DNA of 64,000 nucleotides from a virus (lineage: Duplodnaviria; Caudoviricetes), in IMG/VR virus record IMGVR_UViG_3300013368_000005, positions 122,591 through 186,590 of that record. One strand, 5' to 3'. Position numbers and translations under genes: made by a program. How positions within the stretch are numbered: the first letter of the stretch is position 1; each line of letters starts with the position of its first letter. Of this stretch, positions 49,115 to 60,214 are shown one piece after another. The notes under the pieces are model-generated. The model had not been told where the DNA came from, ran no database searches, and saw nothing but the letters and a program-made list of their open reading frames with translations.

Positions 49115-49705
49115 ATGATGATGAATTGGTTTTCTATAAGTAATGGAAAAACTATTAAAGAAGGTGAAGGATTTTTAGTAGAACGAGAGACATTAGAGAG
49201 ATTCGGAATACAATTAACAGATGATAAAAATAACGGAAGAGAAGTATATTATAGCGTAGAAACTGGAGAATTTATTTTATCGGAAACTGAAAGAATTGGT
49301 ATTTTACTTGAAATATTTGAAGATGAGATAGAAGAACAAATAAACACAAGAAAAGTAATAGAAAAAATTAATCTAACTAATAATAGTCAAATTAAATATA
49401 ATGATTGTATAGCTTTTCAAAATTCATATATGGATATAAACAATCCTAAAGTAAAACATCCAGTATTAAGAGGTTATAGTTTTGGATATAAAACTCAATT
49501 AGAATATAATAATTATAGATTTAATATTCAACCGTTATTAGTTTTAAATATGGGTGAAAAATTAATGTTCTCTATTAAATTATTATCAAATAAAAAACTA
49601 CAAGGAAGAATTATTATTACATTAAATGGGGAATTATATAGTCATAGTGATATATTTGAATTGGAAGAAAATATATCATCAAAAAATATCGATATAGTAT
49701 TATAA
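49115..49705 (+). CDS. Hypothetical protein (tail cluster)
   Basis: SD GGAGG. Confidence 0.65.
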   Translation: MMMNWFSISNGKTIKEGEGFLVERETLERFGIQLTDDKNNGREVYYSVETGEFILSETERIGILLEIFEDEIEEQINTRKVIEKINLTNNSQIKYNDCIAFQNSYMDINNPKVKHPVLRGYSFGYKTQLEYNNYRFNIQPLLVLNMGEKLMFSIKLLSNKKLQGRIIITLNGELYSHSDIFELEENISSKNIDIVL

Positions 49706-49799
49706 AATAATAATGCATAGTTTAATAGCTATGCATTATCAATCTGTCAAATTATATATTTTAACATTATAATAACTCAAACAAGGAGATGATGATAAA

Positions 49800-51977
49800 A
49801 TGATAAAATATAATGGCATTATAACAACTTTAGATAATGCTTTTCCGTATAATACAGCGTATGGAAATCCTCCAAAAATAACAAATAATGAATTAATATT
49901 AGGTACACAAGCAGGTCAAGCCCATCAAGGATCGAGTGTAATATTAAACAGTCTTCCAGAATTTATAGTAGAAGATGGGCTTAAAATAGAAATAGATTTA
50001 AACTGTTCTGGATATTATATGACTTCGTCTAACCTTGTAATATCTTTATTACAAAGAAATACATCGTATAGTGGATATGATGTATATGGTATATCAACTT
50101 TAGCTAAATTAATTAGTGCTACTTTTTCAAGAGAAGATCCTAGTAAATTTAGTAAAATTATTATAGAAGTTGTTAGTGTAGTTAATAAGACATTTAATGT
50201 GTATGACCAAAATAATAATATTATTAAAGAATGGAATGGAGACTCATCTAGTTATTCTGGAATAAATAAATCTATGGCTACAAGTGTAGGAGGGAAATCT
50301 GCTGTACTACACATAGGTGTAGGAGCATATAATTATGAAGCTAATTATATTATAAAAAATATAAAAGTAATACAATCAGATCATATAACTATAAATACTA
50401 GTTTGCAAAGTTCATATTCATTACCACCACTCATAAATATATCATCAGCTACTGCACAACAATTGTTAGTAAAATCTGGTGATAATATTATTGTAAATAA
50501 ACAGGGTATAGCAGGATTCAATTATAATATAAATTTTGATAAAATATGGGATTTATATAATGATGGCGATGTTATAAATACAGGTATAAATAATGATGAA
50601 GTAAAAATACAATTTAATAAATCGTATATTAAAAAAGAATTATATAATAATGTATATACTAATAAAGATATAGTTATAGATTATACTATAAATCCGTCCT
50701 ATAATGATTCTAATATAGCTTTACAATATATTTATAATATCACTTTAGACGGAGAGGTATTATTATATCAAAATACGTTAACAGATCAAATAACACAATC
50801 TTCAATATCTGTACCTTATAATAAATTAATAAAAGCTGACTATAAAGATATAATAGATAGGAATTTGGTAATAAATAAAACTAATAATAGTACGGGAGAA
50901 ATAATTAGTTTTAATATACCTATAAAAATAAATCCTAAAAGATTATTTAGTAAATATTTTAATGGTACTACTAACTATATTACTATTAAAAATTGGACTA
51001 AACCTTTATCTGAATTAGTGATACAAGTAGTAAAGAAATCTTCAACAGATAGCGATTTTATTGTATCTACTGATAATACTTTAGTATCTTTATCTGGAAC
51101 TGATTTAAAAATTGGTGGGATATCTTCATTTATTGGTAATATATATGAAGTAAGAGTATGGGGAAAAAGTAAGGAACAATCATATACTTATGATCAGTTA
51201 TATGGTGACGAAGAAGGATTATATGCTTTATATAGATTAAACGAGTATAATTCAAAAAATATATATGATAGTACTATAAATAAATTACATGGTGTTTATA
51301 CTGGAAATTTATTAAACCAAGATATAGTACCAAGTAATAGTAATTATCTAACAACTATTAACTCTTCTATTGATATAAATGATATTGTACAACAAAAAGA
51401 AGATTATGAATATAATTATTCTATTCAGTGTAAAAAGGCATCATATAGAAATGTAAATATTGGAGTTAATGAGATATCGTTACCTTTAAATAATTTATCT
51501 ATATTACAAAATCTATTTATAAAGAGAGATTCATGGGATTACGATAGTAATTATACAGTTGGACAATCATTAACACAGCCAGAAAGAGGTTGGAAGAGAA
51601 TAGACGATCGAAATACTAATATAAAATATGGAAGTTATTACTATCCAACTGCACCTTTAGGGGCTTATAACGATACAGTATATCATAATGAAAAAAGTTC
51701 ATATATACAATTTAAGTTTAAAGGCAGAGGGTTAAGAGTTATAGCACAAACTGGATCTAGTTATAAATGTGATAATATAAAAATAACTATAGATAGTGAT
51801 ATATATTATTTCAATACTATGTCATACAATGTTAGACAGTGTATTGTATTCGAAAAAATATTGCCAAATACAATACACACTGTTACGGTAGATACTAGAG
51901 AATACAAATTATATTATACATTTGATTTTGATGCTATAGACATAAATGAAGATGGTTATATGATACCAATATCTTAA
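49800..51977 (+). CDS. Putative tail fibre / receptor-binding protein (paralogue of 52003)
   Basis: Beta rich; shared central module; truncated LamG-like segment; C-terminal GWKRIDD...DAIDI domain; late promoter at 49763. Confidence 0.6.
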   Translation: MIKYNGIITTLDNAFPYNTAYGNPPKITNNELILGTQAGQAHQGSSVILNSLPEFIVEDGLKIEIDLNCSGYYMTSSNLVISLLQRNTSYSGYDVYGISTLAKLISATFSREDPSKFSKIIIEVVSVVNKTFNVYDQNNNIIKEWNGDSSSYSGINKSMATSVGGKSAVLHIGVGAYNYEANYIIKNIKVIQSDHITINTSLQSSYSLPPLINISSATAQQLLVKSGDNIIVNKQGIAGFNYNINFDKIWDLYNDGDVINTGINNDEVKIQFNKSYIKKELYNNVYTNKDIVIDYTINPSYNDSNIALQYIYNITLDGEVLLYQNTLTDQITQSSISVPYNKLIKADYKDIIDRNLVINKTNNSTGEIISFNIPIKINPKRLFSKYFNGTTNYITIKNWTKPLSELVIQVVKKSSTDSDFIVSTDNTLVSLSGTDLKIGGISSFIGNIYEVRVWGKSKEQSYTYDQLYGDEEGLYALYRLNEYNSKNIYDSTINKLHGVYTGNLLNQDIVPSNSNYLTTINSSIDINDIVQQKEDYEYNYSIQCKKASYRNVNIGVNEISLPLNNLSILQNLFIKRDSWDYDSNYTVGQSLTQPERGWKRIDDRNTNIKYGSYYYPTAPLGAYNDTVYHNEKSSYIQFKFKGRGLRVIAQTGSSYKCDNIKITIDSDIYYFNTMSYNVRQCIVFEKILPNTIHTVTVDTREYKLYYTFDFDAIDINEDGYMIPIS

Positions 51978-52002
51978 TAAATAATAGAGGAGTTGAAATA
52001 AC

Positions 52003-54462
52003 ATGAGTACTATATTAAAATCAACAGAAATCATAAATATTACAGCGTCAGTACCGTCTTTTAGCAGTGCGTTTCAACCATATCACTTTAAGGATTCATC
52101 TGGATTTGTAGCTGCTAGAGATCAGTCATTTCCAATATATTTATTCTTTGATACTAGTATAAAAGTATTACCAGATCGTATATCATTTTTATCTGTATAT
52201 ACAGCTGGGTATGAAGCTATAAAAAACTTTGAATTACAAGCATCAGACACTGGTTTATTTACTGGAGAAGAAGTTGTATTACTAGCTGCTATGCATCCAG
52301 ATGCAAATAGTAGTGCTGTTACTTATAATATCACAAATAATAATATTAAATATAATCATTTTAGACTTAAATTCATAGATTATTATACTGGTAATGGTGG
52401 TGGAGAAATAGTTATAAAAGAGTTTAAAATGTATAGAAATAATAATATAGTAGGAGATTCTATAACTAGTCCTGAAACTGGATGGAAAAGGATAGATGAT
52501 AGTGAAATTGGAAATAATTTTATAAATGGGGAATATTTAATAAATTCTAATATGTATAATGGTTCATTTCTAATGATGAATGGTGAAGGTTCAAAAGAAA
52601 TATCATTTAAATTTAAAGGTACTAAACTTAGATTAATATCAGAATGGTATGCAAATAGATCTCAAAATATAAAAATAGATATAGATAATCTACCAACAGA
52701 AACATTTTCTCAATATATAGCTAGCGGAAATCCATTTCAGGTTATAGGATATGAGAAAGAAGGATTAGAAGATATTGTCCATGATGTAAAGATATATTCC
52801 AATGATTTATACTCATTGGATGCTATAGATTTAGATGAAAGTGGATATATAGATAGTTTTTTCATAGGATGTAGTGTTATAAACAATGCTAATTTCCCAT
52901 CATTGTTAGATATAACATTTTCTAAAAATATTACATCATTAAATATATTAATAAATAATGAATCTAAATTGCTATTATCTGGTATAAATATTAATTTATA
53001 TAAATATAATTTAGATAAAATATGGGATGAGTTATTATATGATACTAATTATAATATAATTGTATCTACAGATAAAGGAGACAGTAATGTTTATACTATA
53101 ATTAAACCATCTCCAGAAATTTCTTTATATAATAATATATATACTAATAAAGATATAACTGTCAATTATACTATAAATCCATCATATGATAATACAAATA
53201 CCCCATTATTATACACATATAATATATCTCTAGATGGAGAATTATTATCAGCATCTGATGAATCATCTAATCAACAAATTTCATCATCTATAACTATACC
53301 TTATAATAAATTAATAAAAGGTAATTATACATTTATAACTGATAGAAATTTAATATTTAGTAAATTAAATTCAGATGGTCAGACTATTAATTTTAATATA
53401 CCTATAAGAATAAATCCAAGAAGAATGTTTAGTAAATATTTCAATGGAGTTAATAGTAATATAACTATTAAAAATTGGACCAAACCTTTATCTGAATTAG
53501 TGATACAAGTAGTAAAAAAATCATCTATAGATAGTAATTTTATAGTAATAACAGATAATACTTTAGTGTCTTTGGTTGGAAGTGAATTAAAGATAGGCGG
53601 AATATCAACATTTACTGGCAATATATATGAAGTAAGAATATGGGAGAAAGGATTCGAACAACCTTATACTTATGATCAATTATATGGTAATGAATATAAA
53701 CTATATGCATTATATACGTTAAATGAATACAATTCTAAAAATATATATGATAATTGTGGCAAGTTTCATGGAACTTACACTGGAGAATTAATAAATCAAG
53801 ATATTGTTCCAAATAATATTAGCCATCTTACTATACCTATTATAGATTGTGAAAATGGTATAGTTAAACAAAAAGAAGATTATTCTTACGAATATAATAT
53901 AGAATCTCCAAAGAGTTACTTTTTTAATTCGCTTAATAATAAAAATAATGTAGTTATTGATCATATAGAAATAAACATTCCTAATAAAATAATAAATATT
54001 AATAAATTATTAATAAGAAAACCATTTGATACTAATTTTAAAGTAGGAGATATTATATTGCAACCCGAATTTGGTTGGAAACGAATAGATGATAGAGATG
54101 CAAATATCATTTATAGTAAATCTACTCGTACAAATATATCATCTGCATATAATAATACTTGCACTCAAGTAGATAATACAATTACAACTACTATTAAATT
54201 TTCATTTTTCGGTTCTATATTAAGAATTATAGGTAGAACATATCCAACATACCCAGCTGGATTAGAAATTAATATAGATAATAGTATTGTGGAAACATTC
54301 ACATCTGTCGGTTCAGATAAATGGCAAGTTATATTATATCAAAATATAAATTTAAGTAAAGATATACACAATGTATCTATAACATGTCCTGTTAATAATC
54401 TAGGATTTACTTTAGATGCTATAGATATAAATCAAGATGGTTACTTATTACCAATATCTTAA
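52003..54462 (+). CDS. Putative tail fibre / receptor-binding protein (paralogue of 49800)
   Basis: N-terminal discoidin-like region (KNFELQAS...FRLKF...IKEFKMY); two GWKRIDD...DAID domains; shared core. Confidence 0.6.
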   Translation: MSTILKSTEIINITASVPSFSSAFQPYHFKDSSGFVAARDQSFPIYLFFDTSIKVLPDRISFLSVYTAGYEAIKNFELQASDTGLFTGEEVVLLAAMHPDANSSAVTYNITNNNIKYNHFRLKFIDYYTGNGGGEIVIKEFKMYRNNNIVGDSITSPETGWKRIDDSEIGNNFINGEYLINSNMYNGSFLMMNGEGSKEISFKFKGTKLRLISEWYANRSQNIKIDIDNLPTETFSQYIASGNPFQVIGYEKEGLEDIVHDVKIYSNDLYSLDAIDLDESGYIDSFFIGCSVINNANFPSLLDITFSKNITSLNILINNESKLLLSGININLYKYNLDKIWDELLYDTNYNIIVSTDKGDSNVYTIIKPSPEISLYNNIYTNKDITVNYTINPSYDNTNTPLLYTYNISLDGELLSASDESSNQQISSSITIPYNKLIKGNYTFITDRNLIFSKLNSDGQTINFNIPIRINPRRMFSKYFNGVNSNITIKNWTKPLSELVIQVVKKSSIDSNFIVITDNTLVSLVGSELKIGGISTFTGNIYEVRIWEKGFEQPYTYDQLYGNEYKLYALYTLNEYNSKNIYDNCGKFHGTYTGELINQDIVPNNISHLTIPIIDCENGIVKQKEDYSYEYNIESPKSYFFNSLNNKNNVVIDHIEINIPNKIININKLLIRKPFDTNFKVGDIILQPEFGWKRIDDRDANIIYSKSTRTNISSAYNNTCTQVDNTITTTIKFSFFGSILRIIGRTYPTYPAGLEINIDNSIVETFTSVGSDKWQVILYQNINLSKDIHNVSITCPVNNLGFTLDAIDINQDGYLLPIS

Positions 54463-54468
54463 TAATAT

Positions 54469-54500
54469 AAATACATACTTACATATGTAAGTATGTATTT
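54469..54500. terminator. 32-bp perfect palindrome (terminator)
   Basis: AAATACATACTTACATATGTAAGTATGTATTT, immediately before the late promoter at 54502. Confidence 0.65.
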
Positions 54501-54539
54501 TAACATTATATTAATTAAATAAAGGAGAGGTGATTAATA

Positions 54540-55964
54540 ATGTCAGAATGTTTATTTAAAGCTGGTACAACGTATTATTCATTAAATTCTAATGGTGAAA
54601 TAATATATTCAGATATAATGCCAGAAAAATTTGTTTTTAATTCTTATGATTATTTTATAAGAACAGATGTTAAAATATCTAAATCTAGTATATCTACATC
54701 TACTTTAGCCACTTTAACATCAAATAAATATCCGTTAAAAAATAAATATTATACATCAATAACTTCAGTTACATCTAATATTAATACTAAATTTATTATT
54801 CAAGATGGAACAAAATTATATTCTATCAACCCACTTACATTGATAAAAGATAACGGGGATATAACTATAGATGATATAGCTACACATGGGCAAACAACTG
54901 TAATATTAAATAAAGATGAAATTAAATCATTATCAGAATCTGCTGTTTTATTATCATATGTAGATACTTCAGAAGGGTTGCAATCCAATGCTATTTTTGA
55001 TATAAGTCTTAATAGAAGTTTCTTATGTGCGTTAGACCAATCAGATGTTAAATTTTTATATTACAATTTAGATGCACCTTTATTAGATACTGTTGAAATA
55101 TGTGGATTAGAAAAATCCAGTTTCAGTTATTCGGTAAATATAGATAGTTCTGTAGATCCATTAATATCTGAAACTGTAAACGATGATGTAGACTCTAGCG
55201 TAATTATACCATCTAGTCAATTTACAACTTCTGAAAATCCATATCATGTAAATATACAAGTTATAGATGAAAAATTAAAAACGTATAGTAAAACTACTAC
55301 ATTATCTTTACAAAATACCGAGCCTAATATATTGGTAACTATGATTAATATGATTGCAAGAATTGATTTCAACGATCCAGATCAAAATAGAATTAAGTAT
55401 AAGGTTTTTTTAAATGGTGAACAAATAGCACCAAGTGTAGGAGAATGGACTGAATTAATTACTACACCAACATATTTTACAACTAGATTCAAGTCTAATG
55501 AGATAATAGTTGGGGGTAATAATATATTAAGAGTAGTAGCTGAAGATGAATATGGTAAACAAGGTCAAGTTATTTACAACTTTATAGGAGAATTATCTGG
55601 TTTATTATTTATAGATGAAAATAATAATGTGTGCTCAGATGATTTAGGAAATATTATCAGAGCATTTGATATGGGTAAAATCAATGCAGGAAGGACTAGT
55701 GAAACTAAGCTTGTTAAAGTCAAAAATACATGCGGGTACGATGTTATAAATGCTAGTATCCAAATAGAAGCACTAAATCCAGATTCAAAGTATACAGTAT
55801 ATATTTCCAAGGAAAATAATCCATTTATAGATTCTAATAATTTAACTATATCTAAAATAGCAAATAATACAGAAGATTATTTTTATGTAAAAGTAGTTAC
55901 TAATCCCGAAATAGAGTACGGCGGAAACTTCTATATAAACGTTCAATCTGAACCATCTAGATAG
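54540..55964 (+). CDS. Probable virion tail-associated protein with Ig-like strands
   Basis: Late promoter; DPDQNRIKYKVFLNG...RVVAEDEYG. Confidence 0.6.
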   Translation: MSECLFKAGTTYYSLNSNGEIIYSDIMPEKFVFNSYDYFIRTDVKISKSSISTSTLATLTSNKYPLKNKYYTSITSVTSNINTKFIIQDGTKLYSINPLTLIKDNGDITIDDIATHGQTTVILNKDEIKSLSESAVLLSYVDTSEGLQSNAIFDISLNRSFLCALDQSDVKFLYYNLDAPLLDTVEICGLEKSSFSYSVNIDSSVDPLISETVNDDVDSSVIIPSSQFTTSENPYHVNIQVIDEKLKTYSKTTTLSLQNTEPNILVTMINMIARIDFNDPDQNRIKYKVFLNGEQIAPSVGEWTELITTPTYFTTRFKSNEIIVGGNNILRVVAEDEYGKQGQVIYNFIGELSGLLFIDENNNVCSDDLGNIIRAFDMGKINAGRTSETKLVKVKNTCGYDVINASIQIEALNPDSKYTVYISKENNPFIDSNNLTISKIANNTEDYFYVKVVTNPEIEYGGNFYINVQSEPSR

Positions 55965-55975
55965 GGGGGATTAGA

Positions 55976-57874
55976 ATGATAGAATTTTCTCAATACAATG
56001 AGAGTACAATAGAATCAGCTAGATCTGAATATCAATTTACCACTTGGTGGGATAGCTTTATAAGCGGTAGAGCCGAAATAAGATCTAAAGCTACAATAGA
56101 TGATAGTTTTAAAGGAAATGCTTTTATATATAAGGAAAAACAATCTCTTTTAAAATTTGCAATGGGAGTAAGATCTTTATCTAGAATACAAAACAATGAA
56201 TTAATTATACAAGATACCTATGTATCCACATTAATGCCTTCTGTATCTTTTGGAGATTCTAGTTTTATCAAAATAGGTGTGGATAAATCTAATAAATATA
56301 GATCATTATTAGATTTTGATATTTCTTCTGCAAAAGGTAAATATATCACAAAAGCTAATTTAGTATTGTTTTCACAAGATAAAAGAACTCTCACAGTGGA
56401 TGTTTCATTGGCAGATAATGAATGGAAGGAAAATTCTATAACATGGAATTATCATCCTAACAAACTACAATCTGCACCATCAACACGAGTAACGCTTGAT
56501 GGAACTGTTACCAATAAATTCTCTATAGATTTAAAACCTTTTATTAAACACTATGAAGATAATAGTTTAGACTTTTCTTCTTTTAATGGTGTTATACTAA
56601 CATCTAATGAATTAGAATCTAATTATAAAACATTTTTATCAAAAGAATATTCTAATGCAGGTTTAAGACCTTATGTTTATATAGAATATTTAGACCCAGA
56701 TACATTTATAAATGAAGATGAAATAATCAAAGGGTATGCAATGATTCATGGTTCAAGAACTTACTCTGATGAATTAAAAGGTAAAGCTTATATAGATAGA
56801 GAAGACATGTATAGCAAAATTAAATGTACAGCTTACATTAAACCTGAGAAAATAGACGGTAAAGCTAGTATATCTGTCATAAATGATATATTAAAAGCTA
56901 AATCATTTATAGTATATGAAGATAGAAGTCTTAATGGAAAAGCAGAGATATATGGATTTAATATAGATGATACATTATCATGTAAAGCCTTAATACCTCC
57001 AGATAAAATTAAATGTAAAGCTAGAATAATAGTAAATAGTAATATTAATGGTAAAGCCACAATCTATGGTTCTGGAATGAATGATGAATTACATGCATTA
57101 TCCAATATCGTTGCTAATGATAATCAGATGAAGGGTAATGCAATAATTAAGTATTTTGATGAATCAATACAAGGTAAAGCATTGATTAGAGATTTATTAA
57201 TAGATGCTCAAATGTATGCAAAAGCTGATATTATTGCCAGTAGTACTATGCAAGGAACAGCATCTATTAGATACGATGATGCTATATCAGCAACAAGTAC
57301 TATTAAAGCTATAAATGATACATTAACAGGTAGTGTATTTATTAAACATGAAAACCAGATACAAGCTAAGTCTATAATTAAAGCTATGAATAACGATTTA
57401 AAAGGTTTAGCTGCTATTACAGTAGAAAGTATAGTAGGTACTGTTTCAGTACAGAGTACAAGTGATATACAAGCAAAATCAACTATTATGGCAATAAATA
57501 ATATTTTAGGGTTATCTTCTATACAAATTTCAGAAAAAGGTATAGACGGATTAGCTGATATTATAGTTATAAACGTAAATGATGACTTAAAGGGTATAGC
57601 TGAAATTAGAGAGATATCAAGTGAATTTAATGGTAAAGCAACTATTATAGGTGTAAATGAAACATTATCTGGTATAGTATCTATAGGACTGGAAGAAAGA
57701 GGAATAACTGGTAAGGTATTAATCCAATCATTAGATTCAATAACTTGTACATGTAATATCATTAGTAACAATGATGAATTTAAAGCGACTGCTATTATTA
57801 ATTGTCAAGAAAAAGGTATTACTGGTAAAGCTATTATAGAATCAGACGATGGGATGTTCTGGTTTATTATGTAA
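55976..57874 (+). CDS. DNRLRE/CBM96-like domain protein with C-terminal beta repeats (tail fibre-like)
   Basis: QDTYVS, RSLLDFDIS, ITWN, RPYVYIEY; then many 11-14 aa (I/L)xGKAxI repeats. Confidence 0.7.
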   Translation: MIEFSQYNESTIESARSEYQFTTWWDSFISGRAEIRSKATIDDSFKGNAFIYKEKQSLLKFAMGVRSLSRIQNNELIIQDTYVSTLMPSVSFGDSSFIKIGVDKSNKYRSLLDFDISSAKGKYITKANLVLFSQDKRTLTVDVSLADNEWKENSITWNYHPNKLQSAPSTRVTLDGTVTNKFSIDLKPFIKHYEDNSLDFSSFNGVILTSNELESNYKTFLSKEYSNAGLRPYVYIEYLDPDTFINEDEIIKGYAMIHGSRTYSDELKGKAYIDREDMYSKIKCTAYIKPEKIDGKASISVINDILKAKSFIVYEDRSLNGKAEIYGFNIDDTLSCKALIPPDKIKCKARIIVNSNINGKATIYGSGMNDELHALSNIVANDNQMKGNAIIKYFDESIQGKALIRDLLIDAQMYAKADIIASSTMQGTASIRYDDAISATSTIKAINDTLTGSVFIKHENQIQAKSIIKAMNNDLKGLAAITVESIVGTVSVQSTSDIQAKSTIMAINNILGLSSIQISEKGIDGLADIIVINVNDDLKGIAEIREISSEFNGKATIIGVNETLSGIVSIGLEERGITGKVLIQSLDSITCTCNIISNNDEFKATAIINCQEKGITGKAIIESDDGMFWFIM

Positions 57875-57885
57875 AATGATATATC

Positions 57886-57922
57886 AAAAAAAAGAGAGAA
57901 GTAGCATTTGCTACTTCTCTTT
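57886..57922. terminator. Bidirectional terminator
   Basis: AGAGAAGTAGCA-TT-TGCTACTTCTCT between convergent genes. Confidence 0.75.
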
Positions 57923-57929
57923 GTACTTT

Positions 57930-60062
57930 TTACAATTTTAATATATTTGTATAATTATTATTATCATTTCCTCTATAAATATTAAGTTGTTCTATTGGGA
58001 AATGTTTTGCATTATCATTTATAATAGTTTTATAATCTATAAATTCTGTTAGCCATTTTGGAATTTCTACATTCTTTGGAACTGCAACACAATCGATTCC
58101 AGATGCATAATCTTTTTGTTTCATTAATTCAGTTAATTTTTGAAACAATTCTGGTTCTTCTATTTCAAAATGTGTAATTTTTTTAGGGTTTATAATTACT
58201 TTAAGCAAATCTATACCATTTCTAGATGATAAATCTATTGCTTCTAAGCCTTCATCTTTTATAGCATTCCAAACTATTGAAGCTTTTATACCTTGAATTC
58301 TCATAGGATTTTCATAGTTATTTATAGATTTTATTGTAACTGGTTTATAAAATTTCTTTTCACCACTCTCAAGAGATCGATATATTTCATTTTCGAATTT
58401 AGCTAATTCTTTTATAAGTCTTAATTCATCTATTTCGTCACAAGTTAATACTTCTTCGTACATAATCTCTTGTAATCTCTCTTGGGTTCTCTTATTTAGA
58501 TTTGATTTACCCATCATAAGACCTTTTATGTCTTGTTGTTTACCTTTAGGAACTATATTTCCTTCTTGAAGTTCTTGTATACTTGCATAATTTTTTTTTA
58601 CATCCATTAATAATATTCTTTTGAATAAAAATTCATTTTTCATTATTAATAAACATTTTTTATTTTTATCATAAGAATTAGAATGCATAGTGAATTTTTC
58701 CATATAATCATTTATCACATTGCCTATGCAATACGCTAATATATTTATTATAGAGTATCTTACCCCTTCTTGTGGGATAATTTTAATTGGATTAATAGCT
58801 TTACTCATTTGAACAATCTCATCTTGGTAGAAATCGTAATCTACTGGTTCATCTAAAATCTCAACCATTTTTTGACCATCTATTAAATCCCCAAATTCAT
58901 CTTTTTCTAGAAATCCGACCATAGGAACCATTTCATGCTTGATTTTTAAATCTATATTTTGTATTTTTTCAAATACAAATCTATACCATGCATCTAAAGA
59001 TATTATACAACTATCAGTATCTGTTATTATACAAACTTTCCTAATCATATTATCATATCTATCCAATCTATCAATAATTTGATGAGAGTAGTATACATAT
59101 TCCATTATAATATCATTAAGTTCGTCTAGTTCTACACTTATTTCTTTCGGTGGTTTATTAGGGTCTAGAAATGGAGATTCTAATTTACTAAGTATATATA
59201 TTAAAGCTCTTTCCATAGATTTGTTTTCCATAAATGAAAATAAGTTATTTTTATAATATAATCTATTTAAATCTTGTTGGGTTAAATTACATATTATTCC
59301 CCAAACTATATCCATATCTTCCTCTGATGGAATATAATTAAATCCACTTGTAGTCATTAATTTATAGAAGCATTCTGCATGAGTTATATTTTCATCTAGT
59401 ATAAGTCTATCGTCATATTTTCTATGCTCCTGACATACATTATCTATATAAGTAACTATTTCATCTAATGAACCGAAAAGTACGTTATTCGCTAAGAACA
59501 TTTCAAATTGTAAACCAGCCGCTGATATACAAGCTCTTCCTTGAGTAGTAACAGAAGCTGCAACATGAAGATTATAGTATAAACAACTATACATTCCGCA
59601 TGCACCATAGAATCCATTGGCATCAATTTTTGCTAGTAATTGCAACAAATTGAATTTTTCAAATTCCTCAGAACCTTTTGGATACTTAAACATTTCTTTC
59701 TTATAAATATTTCTACCTTCCATAAATGTTTCAAGGAGTTTAGCTATTGGGTTTGGAGCTTCAGCATGTTTCTTAAACATGACTCCATAAGGCGTAATAA
59801 TTGGTTCTCTTGTCATAACATATTCCGCTAAATGCAATACATCTATATTAATCTGCTTATGTTTATAATTATTATCTATTACTGCTTTTCCATTTTTCAT
59901 TCTTGAAATAATAGAATAATCTAAAGCATCTATTAATTCATCATTTGATAATGTTGGAAATGAAAGTTTTAATAACCTCATTGCCACCTTTTTATATTCG
60001 TTTACAATCTTCATTTCAAGTATTTCTTTTTGTGAATCATTAAATTTATTAAATGAACTCAT
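57930..60062 (-). CDS. Family-B DNA polymerase, C-terminal subunit (motifs B and C)
   Basis: Motif B KIDANGFYG, VTTQGR, motif C TDTDS, KKNY, IKG. Confidence 0.9.
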   Translation of the reverse strand: MSSFNKFNDSQKEILEMKIVNEYKKVAMRLLKLSFPTLSNDELIDALDYSIISRMKNGKAVIDNNYKHKQINIDVLHLAEYVMTREPIITPYGVMFKKHAEAPNPIAKLLETFMEGRNIYKKEMFKYPKGSEEFEKFNLLQLLAKIDANGFYGACGMYSCLYYNLHVAASVTTQGRACISAAGLQFEMFLANNVLFGSLDEIVTYIDNVCQEHRKYDDRLILDENITHAECFYKLMTTSGFNYIPSEEDMDIVWGIICNLTQQDLNRLYYKNNLFSFMENKSMERALIYILSKLESPFLDPNKPPKEISVELDELNDIIMEYVYYSHQIIDRLDRYDNMIRKVCIITDTDSCIISLDAWYRFVFEKIQNIDLKIKHEMVPMVGFLEKDEFGDLIDGQKMVEILDEPVDYDFYQDEIVQMSKAINPIKIIPQEGVRYSIINILAYCIGNVINDYMEKFTMHSNSYDKNKKCLLIMKNEFLFKRILLMDVKKNYASIQELQEGNIVPKGKQQDIKGLMMGKSNLNKRTQERLQEIMYEEVLTCDEIDELRLIKELAKFENEIYRSLESGEKKFYKPVTIKSINNYENPMRIQGIKASIVWNAIKDEGLEAIDLSSRNGIDLLKVIINPKKITHFEIEEPELFQKLTELMKQKDYASGIDCVAVPKNVEIPKWLTEFIDYKTIINDNAKHFPIEQLNIYRGNDNNNYTNILKL

Positions 60063-60214
60063 CTTACCATCTCTCCTTGCTTTAAATCAATTACTTATAT
60101 GTTTATGGGTAATTATAATGATACAATAGACTTAATTCGATAGTATTCTTATTGAATATATTAACATTTAATTAAATTATAAATTTATAAATATATTTGT
60201 TAGGAGGAATAAAT

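Noticed and set aside
49750-49763. One-mismatch early-promoter-like AATTATATATTTTA
   Set aside because: It abuts a late promoter before a tail gene and is likely chance in AT-rich DNA.
49800-54462. Diversity-generating retroelement TR/VR pair
   Set aside because: Both copies are inside coding paralogues, differences are not adenine-specific, and there is no reverse transcriptase in the window.
55976-55987. MIEF at the start of the fibre protein, QIVSF in 12347 and KTVEF in NrdJ as motif copies
   Set aside because: Only partial matches; not counted.
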